From the IMG/VR virus record IMGVR_UViG_3300012953_000020, positions 26,911 through 90,910 of that record: 64,000 bases of DNA; one strand, 5' to 3'. The stretch's first letter is position 1; every line of letters starts with the position of its first letter. The position numbers were made by a program, and so were the translations under genes. The notes beneath the pieces were generated by a model. That model was not told the origin of the DNA. It ran no database searches and worked only from the letters and a program-made list of their open reading frames with translations. This stretch comes from a virus. Positions 1 to 9,101 of the stretch are shown here, in pieces.

Positions 1-2446
1 TGCTCAGGATGTGCTTATTAACTTTTGTTTTCTCTGATAAAGTCGCAGTCGAAAAAGAAACGGGTCCCGGGCTTATTCCTGCAACTTCAAAGAAATCAGA
101 GACATTATTACCGGGTTCGCCAACAAAAGAAGTAACGCCTAATCTTATCCTATATTCATCAAACAAAGCGTCAGCAATACCCGGGATTTTTCTTCCTTGC
201 ATCCTTTGGCTTTCGACAGTAGATCTCTGAAAGAAGAATGGGAGGTTGATGTCGTCTCCGCCGGCGACTTCAGATAGCTGCAGCAGAATACAGAAAAATA
301 TATACTCCCTCCTAAGACTACTCGGAGTCGCCTTCGTGAATGTAGTGTTTAACAGTGAGATCAAGTCGTCGGATACTTGTCTTTTATCATTTAAGAAGCC
401 TGCGTAAATGCTTGTGTCCTCTGACATTGTTTGGCCTGTTGACGCTTCGGATATTATCAGCGCGTCTTGAGACTCTTCAACTCTATTACCGTAAATATCT
501 AAAGCGTTTCTCTCTCGAGAACCAGCATTACTCGGAAGTTTTTGGTTCAATACCTTTATTTTGTAAAAATGATCTGAGTATCCTGAACTAGTTGCTGTTC
601 TGTAGGATTTCTCTAGGGCAGCGTTCATTATAGTTTGCCCAACTATCCCCCGAGTGAGATGAGCCACAATATTTCTATGATCTATTAGTAATAGCGCTTT
701 CTTAAGGCTGAGGCTGTCAGACTCTGATATTGGGCAAAATTGGTTTATTAAAGATCTGTTTAGAGCAGCCAGACTTTTAGGACCGTAATCAAAAGTAAAT
801 TTTCTTAGCTGCTCTTTTTGTTTTTCTAAATCCTCATCGCTTGATTTTGAGTCCGATCTTAACGAGCTAAATAGCTGTAGTGCCACGCCCTTCTTAAGAT
901 TGAAGATATCAGGCATAGTTAAGAAATGATTGATCTCCCCTTTCGGGCCGCGGCCTACAAAGTCACTAATCAGATAAGGAGCAATCGTTACCAAGTTATC
1001 CTCATCTAACGCGTGTACTCTCAGCATTAGTTTCTGTATATCGTCATGAACGTAGTTATCGTGAATGTCAGGTATTACCGTCTTGCCCTCGGCTATCGAG
1101 TTAGGACCTTTCGAAAACACCCTGGAGTTTGGGTATCTCTTAATCCAAAGTGCTTTTAGAAGCTTCTTTCTGATTCTTAAGGATTTTGAATATACATCAT
1201 CGTTTACGTCGAAGTGATTGAGCTGAAAGAGAGACCCGTTTTTTGATAAAGTATTCCAGGGTTTTAACTTTCCCTGATACTCGTCATACCGCGTTACATC
1301 AAACCAATTCGGGGTTTCTCCGCCATGTAGATCAGTTCTTGAGTCTTCGTCTCTGTACGTAAATGTGCCATCTTTTAAATACGTAGATATTAATCTTGTC
1401 GTCTCTATAACAGACTTTATGAACCCTTGCTGATTGTCCGGATCATGTAGTCTAAGATTTAAATACTTTCCAGTCTCTTTAGGAATGAAAGTAAATCCAT
1501 GAGGAATGTTTTGATTTGACTGTTGTTTAAGATCTCGCTTCAAGTTTACACGTCTGGCTATTCTTTTTGCCGCAGCCACTATTGGAGAGCTGTCATCTTG
1601 TAAAGCGTCACCGTCAAAGTAGGTGTGCATATAAGTCGTGATATCCATAACTCTGTTTAGATTGTCACCTCTAACTTTGGCGAAAGGGTTTAAGGTGAAA
1701 ATCAAAGTTATAAAATCTTCCAGATAATACAGGTCAGTGTAACCTTGTATTAGATTGCTCAGAACCCATCGGTTTATTTTAGAATTAAAAGCCTCGAGGG
1801 TCGGCTGGTGTAAAGGGTAAGGAGAGATATTACCGCTCGTCTGCGGTGAGGCAGCCGCGGTGTTAAAAACAGATGATAGTTTATCGTCAGATAATTCACG
1901 AAGATCGTTATTAGTCCCCTCAGGGCCTAGCACTATTTCAGTTATTAAAGAATTGGCAACCCAGTCCCTCCAGGCTCTAGCATTCGTGTTTCTCGACCAT
2001 ACCCTAGCAGCCCCAGAGTCCGCTTCGTTTGCCAAATTGACTGAGTTATTGAGGGTCGCATAATCAAAATCAGCTAATATTTGTGCTGGTCGTCTTTGAT
2101 TCTGGCCTTTCAGGAACATTTGACCTTTAGGTTTCGACAAATAACTGATAAAATCGTTATCTTCATAATTGAAATCGCTTTGGTGACCTGCGATCAGTGC
2201 ATTAGAACTAGGAGCTATTAAAAAGCTTTTGTCTGCGAGCGGACCTGAAATTACATTGCCGCTGTAAGGAACCTTTATAGCTGGAAGTTGTATCGGCGTA
2301 AACACAAGCAGCGGTACGTCTATTTTTATGCTTTTCTTGTTAAGCTTCAGGCCTTTGTGCACTTTAGAGCTTACGCCAGAGCTCTTAAATGACTTTTGAG
2401 ATTTGCTGACTCCGGTGATCGAGCCTAACCCTTTTTTTATTGCCAT
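1..2446 (-). CDS. Large hypothetical protein (>815 aa), runs off the left window edge; missing from the ORF track
   Basis: ATG at 2446 directly follows the TAG of the 918-aa ORF. It reads MAIKKGLGSITGVSKSQKSF..., and the frame is open in the 5' part and at the window edge (middle not checked codon by codon). No long competing ORF. Confidence 0.85.
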   Translation of the reverse strand, partial: MAIKKGLGSITGVSKSQKSFKSSGVSSKVHKGLKLNKKSIKIDVPLLVFTPIQLPAIKVPYSGNVISGPLADKSFLIAPSSNALIAGHQSDFNYEDNDFISYLSKPKGQMFLKGQNQRRPAQILADFDYATLNNSVNLANEADSGAARVWSRNTNARAWRDWVANSLITEIVLGPEGTNNDLRELSDDKLSSVFNTAAASPQTSGNISPYPLHQPTLEAFNSKINRWVLSNLIQGYTDLYYLEDFITLIFTLNPFAKVRGDNLNRVMDITTYMHTYFDGDALQDDSSPIVAAAKRIARRVNLKRDLKQQSNQNIPHGFTFIPKETGKYLNLRLHDPDNQQGFIKSVIETTRLISTYLKDGTFTYRDEDSRTDLHGGETPNWFDVTRYDEYQGKLKPWNTLSKNGSLFQLNHFDVNDDVYSKSLRIRKKLLKALWIKRYPNSRVFSKGPNSIAEGKTVIPDIHDNYVHDDIQKLMLRVHALDEDNLVTIAPYLISDFVGRGPKGEINHFLTMPDIFNLKKGVALQLFSSLRSDSKSSDEDLEKQKEQLRKFTFDYGPKSLAALNRSLINQFCPISESDSLSLKKALLLIDHRNIVAHLTRGIVGQTIMNAALEKSYRTATSSGYSDHFYKIKVLNQKLPSNAGSRERNALDIYGNRVEESQDALIISEASTGQTMSEDTSIYAGFLNDKRQVSDDLISLLNTTFTKATPSSLRREYIFFCILLQLSEVAGGDDINLPFFFQRSTVESQRMQGRKIPGIADALFDEYRIRLGVTSFVGEPGNNVSDFFEVAGISPGPVSFSTATLSEKTKVNKHILS

Positions 2447-5203
2447 CTATAGCTCCTGTATTCTTTTTCTAGTGTCAGTTATCTCAACTTGGCACGAGTC
2501 GCTAGGCGGTAATTGCACCTGGAAATCATTATAAACAGTATACACTCTAAATTTAACACTAGAAGCAGCACCTAAGAACGTATTTGTCCGAACTTGATAA
2601 GTCATATATCCTGTAAAAGGTCGTGCTTCTATGGGGATTTCTACACCATTAATCTCGGCCGTTATTACAAAAAAGTCTATTTGCTCATGAGCGCTTTGAG
2701 TGAAAACGTCATTCTGCTGGCAAGCAAACCGGACAATACACTCTCCATCGTCTGGGTGATATAAAGCACTAACATATCTAATGTCATGGTATACACGCTC
2801 AGATGACTTACTGTCTTCTAGCATTCCGCCGATGCAAGTCACTCTGTGAAATGGGTCTTTATAATTACTTCTAGACTCGTGAGCGTAGAATGTAAAACCG
2901 CTCTTCTTATCGTGGACTTCAGCAGGGAGTTGACCGTTCGCCATCGTGAAAGTGTTAAAGTAGGCCTCTGTTCTTCTCTTAAATAGCTTTCTTGTCTTAG
3001 GATCTTCTATATCATCAAATCCTGCAGTGACTAACTCTATTGGGTTTGTTATTATTAAATTATACGAAACGATGTAGTCAGATCCGCCGGCGTAGTTAGT
3101 ACGCGTACGGTTTACAGGTATCTTGAACTGTATTTGTCCTGCGTTATTTGTAACAGAAGACTGAACAAAGGTAGTAATTGAACCAGTCTTTTTATCATAT
3201 AACGTAACATAAAGCTGGTACAGACTTCCGATATTTTGCAGATTTTTGTTAACTCTTTCAGCGAAATTTTCTGTGTAGAATGTTTGAGCGTCTGTTCCAC
3301 TAAACATATTAGATAATGAAGTCTTTATATTGGCAGCGATGCTCTGAGAACCTTCTTCTGACACAGTTATAATGGCACCCTGAGTATTCCTGCTTGTGAC
3401 TGATAAATTTATGTTCGGCAGGCCCATACGAAAAGTACGATGGGGGATAGAAATACTTTGAAAATCGCTATACCCATTCTTTTCTATGAAGAAAACTTCG
3501 TATGTGTACCTAGCTCCCGGTACGGGACTTACATGGGAAACCTCGTTTGATTGACTGTCCAGCACTGGCAGTTCAAATGGAGAACCTGTTCCATTGGGAC
3601 GACACAAGACCCTCGACACGGAAATGTCAGAGTGCTTATTGCAGATTTTTATAACGTTTCTGGGGTATCTTGCGTTCTGCGCATCACCTCTAGATATAGT
3701 CGCGACATAAAGCTTAACATTCTCAAGCAATTGCTTGATTCTAGACTTGTTGTAGTGTCCCATTATTTTGTTAGGGCTGACGGTAGAATTCAGCATCATT
3801 TCGCCTGTTCTTCTGTTGAATATAAAGTCCCTTTTAAGAAGAAAATCAGCCACAACCGGCTGGAAGACTGAAGTTATCAGTTTACTAGACAATTTCAAAT
3901 CTGTAATGGCAAATGAGTTGTTAGCGTTAGGATCTCTGCTGACCGTCCTGCTAGCCGTATAGACTTCTATATCATCATCCAGCTTTTGATCTCTCTCTAT
4001 TGCGAAGTCTACTTTGAAAGATGAAATCCCTGAAGCATTCATTTTTTCTCTGGATATATTCACCGGAAATCCGCCTAAGTCGCCAGTCCTTGATCTCTCT
4101 TTAATCGAAGATTGAGCTTCTATAATCGGTGCAAAGTCCCTAATAGCGATTACATCTTGCGGCTTGTTTCTTTTCGTGAGACTCAGCCGAAGGTTACTTA
4201 GCAAATCTTCATCGAACCCTTCAAAAAATAAGACAGTTGTGATTTTTTTAAAATTCGTATACGAGTTAGCTATCTTGACATCGCTGATATATCTGTTCTT
4301 GAACGCGTCTTCGTCAGAAGATCTAGGCATGTTAAGCTGGGCAGCTAACATAAAGTTGGCGACCATCGCCTTTTCTTCTGGTCTCATATCAGAAATGGAA
4401 ATCCTGCTTTGGCTAGGCTTTATAAAGTTTGAATTCACAAACGTACTCATTGGATCGATCCCCATTAAGATTAATTGGTGACAGGATTCCTTGAACACTT
4501 CATAGTGAGCTCTGGGGTTGGTATCGTCTAGAATAGTCGACGCAGCAATTTTCGCAATATCTCTATAATGACCGGTTACTGGTATGCTTAGGATAGGAGA
4601 GCTATTGTTCGCGTAATTTGAACTTTCAAAATATGAGCTCTTGTACATGTACGCTTTTCCACCAAGCATCTTTATTTCAGGAAACTTAGAGTTGATAGCT
4701 TCCACTTTCATACCGGTAAAGGTCGTCTGATTTTCGTCCATGGCAAAAAGATCTCTATATTTTCTTCTCTCGTTTATCCTGTTTGTATAATCCCCTCCCT
4801 TAAACTTAAAAACGGTGTCAGAGCCAGCAAGCAGCGTGTCCATCTCTCTCATGACCTTCAACGTGCCTGATATGTAATCAATGATCGCTTGCTCTCTAGA
4901 ATTTAGCTTCTCGTAAAGATTGATATACTTAACGTGTTTTCTCTTACCGTTAATCTCAAGATAAAGCTCGAGGGTATCATATCCAAAAGCCAAAGCAAAA
5001 ATGTTGTAATACATAGTGATCGCGATTTCAACGTTCTGCTTGTTTGTCTCTCTATTAAGCTGGCGAAACACTAACCTGTAACAGTCATCTTTCAAAGAAA
5101 GCATCTCACCGCCCAACAGCTGTGGTATATCCGGCAAGTCTTTAGGCGATTTTTTCTTAAGCTGAAAGACTGATTCAAAGAAGGGTAAAGGAGTTTTTGA
5201 CAT
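2447..5203 (-). CDS. Hypothetical protein (918 aa), probably virion-associated; beta-rich C-terminal half
   Basis: Long ORF packed between neighbours with 0-3 nt gaps in the structural cluster; no catalytic motif recognised. Confidence 0.8.
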   Translation of the reverse strand: MSKTPLPFFESVFQLKKKSPKDLPDIPQLLGGEMLSLKDDCYRLVFRQLNRETNKQNVEIAITMYYNIFALAFGYDTLELYLEINGKRKHVKYINLYEKLNSREQAIIDYISGTLKVMREMDTLLAGSDTVFKFKGGDYTNRINERRKYRDLFAMDENQTTFTGMKVEAINSKFPEIKMLGGKAYMYKSSYFESSNYANNSSPILSIPVTGHYRDIAKIAASTILDDTNPRAHYEVFKESCHQLILMGIDPMSTFVNSNFIKPSQSRISISDMRPEEKAMVANFMLAAQLNMPRSSDEDAFKNRYISDVKIANSYTNFKKITTVLFFEGFDEDLLSNLRLSLTKRNKPQDVIAIRDFAPIIEAQSSIKERSRTGDLGGFPVNISREKMNASGISSFKVDFAIERDQKLDDDIEVYTASRTVSRDPNANNSFAITDLKLSSKLITSVFQPVVADFLLKRDFIFNRRTGEMMLNSTVSPNKIMGHYNKSRIKQLLENVKLYVATISRGDAQNARYPRNVIKICNKHSDISVSRVLCRPNGTGSPFELPVLDSQSNEVSHVSPVPGARYTYEVFFIEKNGYSDFQSISIPHRTFRMGLPNINLSVTSRNTQGAIITVSEEGSQSIAANIKTSLSNMFSGTDAQTFYTENFAERVNKNLQNIGSLYQLYVTLYDKKTGSITTFVQSSVTNNAGQIQFKIPVNRTRTNYAGGSDYIVSYNLIITNPIELVTAGFDDIEDPKTRKLFKRRTEAYFNTFTMANGQLPAEVHDKKSGFTFYAHESRSNYKDPFHRVTCIGGMLEDSKSSERVYHDIRYVSALYHPDDGECIVRFACQQNDVFTQSAHEQIDFFVITAEINGVEIPIEARPFTGYMTYQVRTNTFLGAASSVKFRVYTVYNDFQVQLPPSDSCQVEITDTRKRIQEL

Positions 5204-5206
5204 TTT

Positions 5207-8200
5207 TTAATCTACCTCAAGATCACATGCCAGGCTAAATATAGGGAAGAAATATATCTCAGTCCCTGGATTATTAGGGTTTGTCTTTTTTTGTATTAGC
5301 TTTCCAAAAGCAAAAACGTGTTGTAGTCGATTCCGGCGATCTGATCTGTCGAAAGAGTCACCGACTATTCCGCTCTTCCACCTTGTCTCGTCTTCCGTTG
5401 TCCGCCACCTGTAAACTGATCCATGATCCAGCTCTCCCCAGTACCTCTTGACGCCTAAATCCATAATTGCTAACTTAGTGAACGTTGCCTTGCCATCTTC
5501 CTTTGCACACTCAAACATTTGAATAAATGAATTGTTAAGTAGACTGGTATTCTCAAACTCTATAACTTCGTTAAAGCGCTCTAAAGGAAATTCTATGTTG
5601 TTTCTTCCGCCACCACCTGGAATATTCACGTCTCTGATCAGATACTGCACTAGGCCCTGATTTGAATCTTGGTTTGGATGAGTGCCAAATCTCTTAACTA
5701 GTTCCCTCATTGTCTCATCTGGTACCAGACTCTTGTACCACGTTCTCATTAATTCAAGATAGCGCTCTTTCGTCTGGTCCGTACCGATCCATCTCTCTGA
5801 TATTTCGCCATCCCTGGCTTTTTCTAAGTCCTGATCAAATCTAACAGATCTTCTTCTTAAAAATTCTCGCCACGACATCATATCTTCCAAGCTGTCTATT
5901 TCTCCGTCATGTTGAAACTTGAAATAATCTGCAGCTATTGGGGGTAATAGAAAATAATTCGGCATACGTGAGCTAGAGAATGTCAGTTCATCATTGTCTA
6001 TCTCATTATCAATAATTTCTTCTATATGATAGACAGTACCGGCATTCTCAAGAAACCTACCAGAAGCCGGGCCCTTGGTGTTCTCTATTCTCCTCGGTTT
6101 ATTGCTGTGATAGTTATTAGGAGATTTTCCATAAATAGGCTCTTGAAACGGAAATTGTTTTAAGCGAGTATGGAATTTGACAGTTTCGTTTTCAGGTATT
6201 TCCACTCTTGCAATTTGTGACTGCCCAGGATTGGCTGTTTCTAGTTCCATCATCTTGGTTCTCTTAATCGTTAGTGGGGCGCTACCTGAAACTGGTACTT
6301 CTAAATCTAAGTGCTGTAGTAGGCCTAAATGTCGATAAGCGCGGAGACTACCAGACATCGCCGTCATCGCCATGTCTACAACTTCCTCGACTGTAGCTCT
6401 CTTAGTTCCGTCTTCCAGCTGCTGCTCTTTTACAAATGTTTTTGTCCCTTTACCGGCGAAGAAAAGCGCTGCTTCATTTCTGATTGGGTTATAGTTAGTC
6501 CACTCCCTTAATGAGTCTCTCACGTGAATCACAGAGCCACTTAGGGTCACATGTGAGCCGCCGGCGACGTTAAAGTGGCTGGGTCTGCTAGATCTATACC
6601 TGACTAAATTGTCAACTGCTTGATCAGCAGGGTCTTCAGCAGTCTCTGGAAACATACCCGTCATATTAAAGAAATCGGAAGATCTTAAGATGCTGATTTG
6701 ATCATTATATTTGTCGTTTATAGAGCCGGTTAAAAGCGCCGGAACGTTGGGGTTCGTATTTTGATCCACAACGTTAGAATAAGTCGGTTTTATGAAATAT
6801 TGACACTCTTGGATGTAACCTTTTAGCCTTTGATCTTCGTCTGGTAAGCTGGAAAGATTATCTAAATTAGCACCGAGTATTAAGTCTGTCATGTTCTTCA
6901 TGCTGAAGCCGCTGGTCGACAATAGTTGGGGTGTGCCTGTCTTTCTAAATGACTTTCTTTTGTCTCCATCCAGAGTTACATGTAGTATGTTTTCAGGATC
7001 ATCAGTGAAAGCCGGCCCATACACTACAGATAACCTGTGCCACGTTTCTGGATCTATTCCATCGGAGCTTACTTCCTCCAAAAATGCCGTACCATCATCT
7101 TTAAAGTATTTTACCTTAAGAGTGTTATTAACGGCGTAGATCTCAACAACTTTTTTAGTTGGTCCAGAAAAGAGTTGTAATATTGTCTGGTTTGGGGAAG
7201 GACTGTCAAAGCCCTCTGACTGAATATAAAACCAGACAGACACTTGGTTTTGGTAGTTATTGAGGTTGATACCTTCGCCGCTGCCCCAGTCATTCCCGTA
7301 CAATGGTTCACCTAAATCGTTCACACCGGAATTGTAGTGTTTTTCCTGTAGGTTTATATGAATGAAACTGCTTGTCCTTGTTTTGTAAGATTTTCCAAGA
7401 TCTGATATGGCTGGCAGATGATTAGCTTCAAAGACTGGAGAAGAATCAATCACACTGTTGTTTGTCGAAGTATCGTAAAACCTGTACGCGGCGTTTGTTG
7501 ATAAAGGACTGCTTGAAGACAGATTTTGACTCACGTTGGCGCTCAAGAAGTCCATACTATTAACAGCTGAAGCCAGCATTATCATATGTGGCCGAGCGTC
7601 CCTCTTAGAGTTTACATCGCCTTCGGCGGCTTGGATCAGATTAACAGAAAAAGCTGGAGAATACTTTACATTTATGATAGGAGAAGGTTGCTCAGGTAAA
7701 GATGCGATAGAGAAAGCTATTCTTTCACCAGTCGCGTGATCTTTAAATCCGATGACATCTCCTATGGCTGGAGCAAAGTTTACATTTTGATCAAACTCGA
7801 TTGTGGTCGTTGCTTCTGATAGTGAGATTGGAGCAGTCGCTGTACCGGTAACACCATTTATCTTAGACACTGCGGGATGGTTTAAAATATCTCTCTCAAA
7901 ATTTAGAAAAGCCGGATCGGTAAACTCATTTAGTTGTGTTACAGTACTGTCGAATATCCACCAACCCTTTAGACCTGAAGCTGCGCTGTCATAGAACAAT
8001 TCTTGAGACCGGCTACCACTGACATAAAATGGTGATCTGGGATCATACTCAACTTTTTTGGTGTCTATACCAGAACTAGTTACAACCAGCACTTGCTTAC
8101 CAGTAGGAAACGATAATACTTCTTTCCCGAAAGTAGATCCGTCGAGAAGTGAGGTTTGGGTCACAGTACCATCAGAGCCAGTTACTTCTTTAGCAAGAAA

Positions 8201-8473
8201 AGCAGGTTGTGACGCAGGGTTCCTGAGCTCCATCATGTTTAAAATGCTTGGGTTCTCTGCGACGATTGCGTCTTGAGGCCGAGACATAGCTTCAAAGAAA
8301 ACAGCACCATCTTTCGTATCGATTACACCAAGCTCTGACTGCTCATATGCAGTGAGACTATCAGAAAACGATATGAACCGAGTGCGGATCTCTCCGTTGG
8401 CCAATTGACGTCGACCTTCTCGAGTAATAAAGGTATCGAAAAATCGTGTTTTTGGGTTAAGAATTCCAGCCAT
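5207..8473 (-). CDS. Baseplate/tail-fibre-associated protein with tail-collar-like N-terminus and LamG/ConA-like domain (1088 aa)
   Basis: N-terminal DTFITREGRRQLANGEIRTRFISFSD resembles the 'T..GR..LA.G....F..SD' start of tail-collar fibre (DUF3751-like) proteins. LamG-like motifs: LKGWWIFD, VSVWFY, ETWHRLSVVY, LKGYIQE. Confidence 0.6.
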   Translation of the reverse strand: MAGILNPKTRFFDTFITREGRRQLANGEIRTRFISFSDSLTAYEQSELGVIDTKDGAVFFEAMSRPQDAIVAENPSILNMMELRNPASQPAFLAKEVTGSDGTVTQTSLLDGSTFGKEVLSFPTGKQVLVVTSSGIDTKKVEYDPRSPFYVSGSRSQELFYDSAASGLKGWWIFDSTVTQLNEFTDPAFLNFERDILNHPAVSKINGVTGTATAPISLSEATTTIEFDQNVNFAPAIGDVIGFKDHATGERIAFSIASLPEQPSPIINVKYSPAFSVNLIQAAEGDVNSKRDARPHMIMLASAVNSMDFLSANVSQNLSSSSPLSTNAAYRFYDTSTNNSVIDSSPVFEANHLPAISDLGKSYKTRTSSFIHINLQEKHYNSGVNDLGEPLYGNDWGSGEGINLNNYQNQVSVWFYIQSEGFDSPSPNQTILQLFSGPTKKVVEIYAVNNTLKVKYFKDDGTAFLEEVSSDGIDPETWHRLSVVYGPAFTDDPENILHVTLDGDKRKSFRKTGTPQLLSTSGFSMKNMTDLILGANLDNLSSLPDEDQRLKGYIQECQYFIKPTYSNVVDQNTNPNVPALLTGSINDKYNDQISILRSSDFFNMTGMFPETAEDPADQAVDNLVRYRSSRPSHFNVAGGSHVTLSGSVIHVRDSLREWTNYNPIRNEAALFFAGKGTKTFVKEQQLEDGTKRATVEEVVDMAMTAMSGSLRAYRHLGLLQHLDLEVPVSGSAPLTIKRTKMMELETANPGQSQIARVEIPENETVKFHTRLKQFPFQEPIYGKSPNNYHSNKPRRIENTKGPASGRFLENAGTVYHIEEIIDNEIDNDELTFSSSRMPNYFLLPPIAADYFKFQHDGEIDSLEDMMSWREFLRRRSVRFDQDLEKARDGEISERWIGTDQTKERYLELMRTWYKSLVPDETMRELVKRFGTHPNQDSNQGLVQYLIRDVNIPGGGGRNNIEFPLERFNEVIEFENTSLLNNSFIQMFECAKEDGKATFTKLAIMDLGVKRYWGELDHGSVYRWRTTEDETRWKSGIVGDSFDRSDRRNRLQHVFAFGKLIQKKTNPNNPGTEIYFFPIFSLACDLEVD

Positions 8474-8478
8474 ACACT

Positions 8479-8485
8479 TAATTAT
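8479..8485 (-). promoter_or_regulatory. Putative phage late promoter ATAATTA, 5 nt upstream of ATG
   Basis: Minus strand reads GGGGTATAATTAAGTGTATG; the same motif precedes other structural genes. Confidence 0.55.
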
Positions 8486-8529
8486 ACCCCTTCAGAATTC
8501 TCTAAGCACAATAGATAACAGCAAACCCA

Positions 8530-8991
8530 CTAATCAGTCTTAGATTGCTCTTCCTTCTTGAGCTCTTCTGCCTTTCTTTTTCTTTTCAGTTGTTCAGGCC
8601 GCTCGCCAATTTTTCTTGGCTTTTCACCATCAGCGTTTGCAGACTCTGCTAGACCTTCAACTCTTTTTCTCTCTTCTTCTTCTAGTCTAACTTCATTCTC
8701 CAAAGTCTCGAGACATTGTCTAATCGCAGCTACTCTAGCTGATTGCTCTCTTCTGGTGACTCTGGCCTCATTGATTAATTCACCTAAAATGCCTGGGATA
8801 TCTCTGAGGGCCTGTATAGCTGTGTCTAGTAGCTCTTGAGAATCTTCTATTTCTGGAAGCTTTCCTAAAACACTCGCGATGTAATTATTAAAAGGCGTTA
8901 AAATTCTTTCTCCGTTAAGATCAGATTTTGATAACCCAACTAATTTATCCTGTTCTTCTTTTAATAGTTTTTGTAAAGTATCAACTTGCAT
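8530..8991 (-). CDS. Hypothetical coiled-coil protein (153 aa)
   Basis: Strong RBS (AAAGGAGAG) before ATG; charged, helical E/K/R-rich sequence. Confidence 0.85.
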   Translation of the reverse strand: MQVDTLQKLLKEEQDKLVGLSKSDLNGERILTPFNNYIASVLGKLPEIEDSQELLDTAIQALRDIPGILGELINEARVTRREQSARVAAIRQCLETLENEVRLEEEERKRVEGLAESANADGEKPRKIGERPEQLKRKRKAEELKKEEQSKTD

Positions 8992-9015
8992 AGATCTCTC
9001 CTTTCGAACAATAAC

Positions 9016-9044
9016 ATTCTAAGCAGAATCGTGAATCAGTTAAA
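9016..9044 (-). promoter_or_regulatory. Putative sigma70-type promoter TTTAAC-N17-TAGAAT for the 153-aa gene
   Basis: -35-like TTTAAC (9044-9039) and -10-like TAGAAT (9021-9016) with 17-nt spacing, directly after a terminator. Confidence 0.45.
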
Positions 9045-9071
9045 AAAAAAGAGGGGGACGAATCCCCCTCT
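9042..9071 (-). terminator. Rho-independent terminator after the 1675-aa gene
   Basis: Minus strand AGAGGGGGA-TTCG-TCCCCCTCT, with the stem running into a 9-T tract. A second small hairpin AGTCAA-GCCT-TTGACT lies at 9074-9089. Confidence 0.92.
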
Positions 9072-9101
9072 CCAGTCAAAGGCTTGACTTAAGCTTAGAG
9101 C

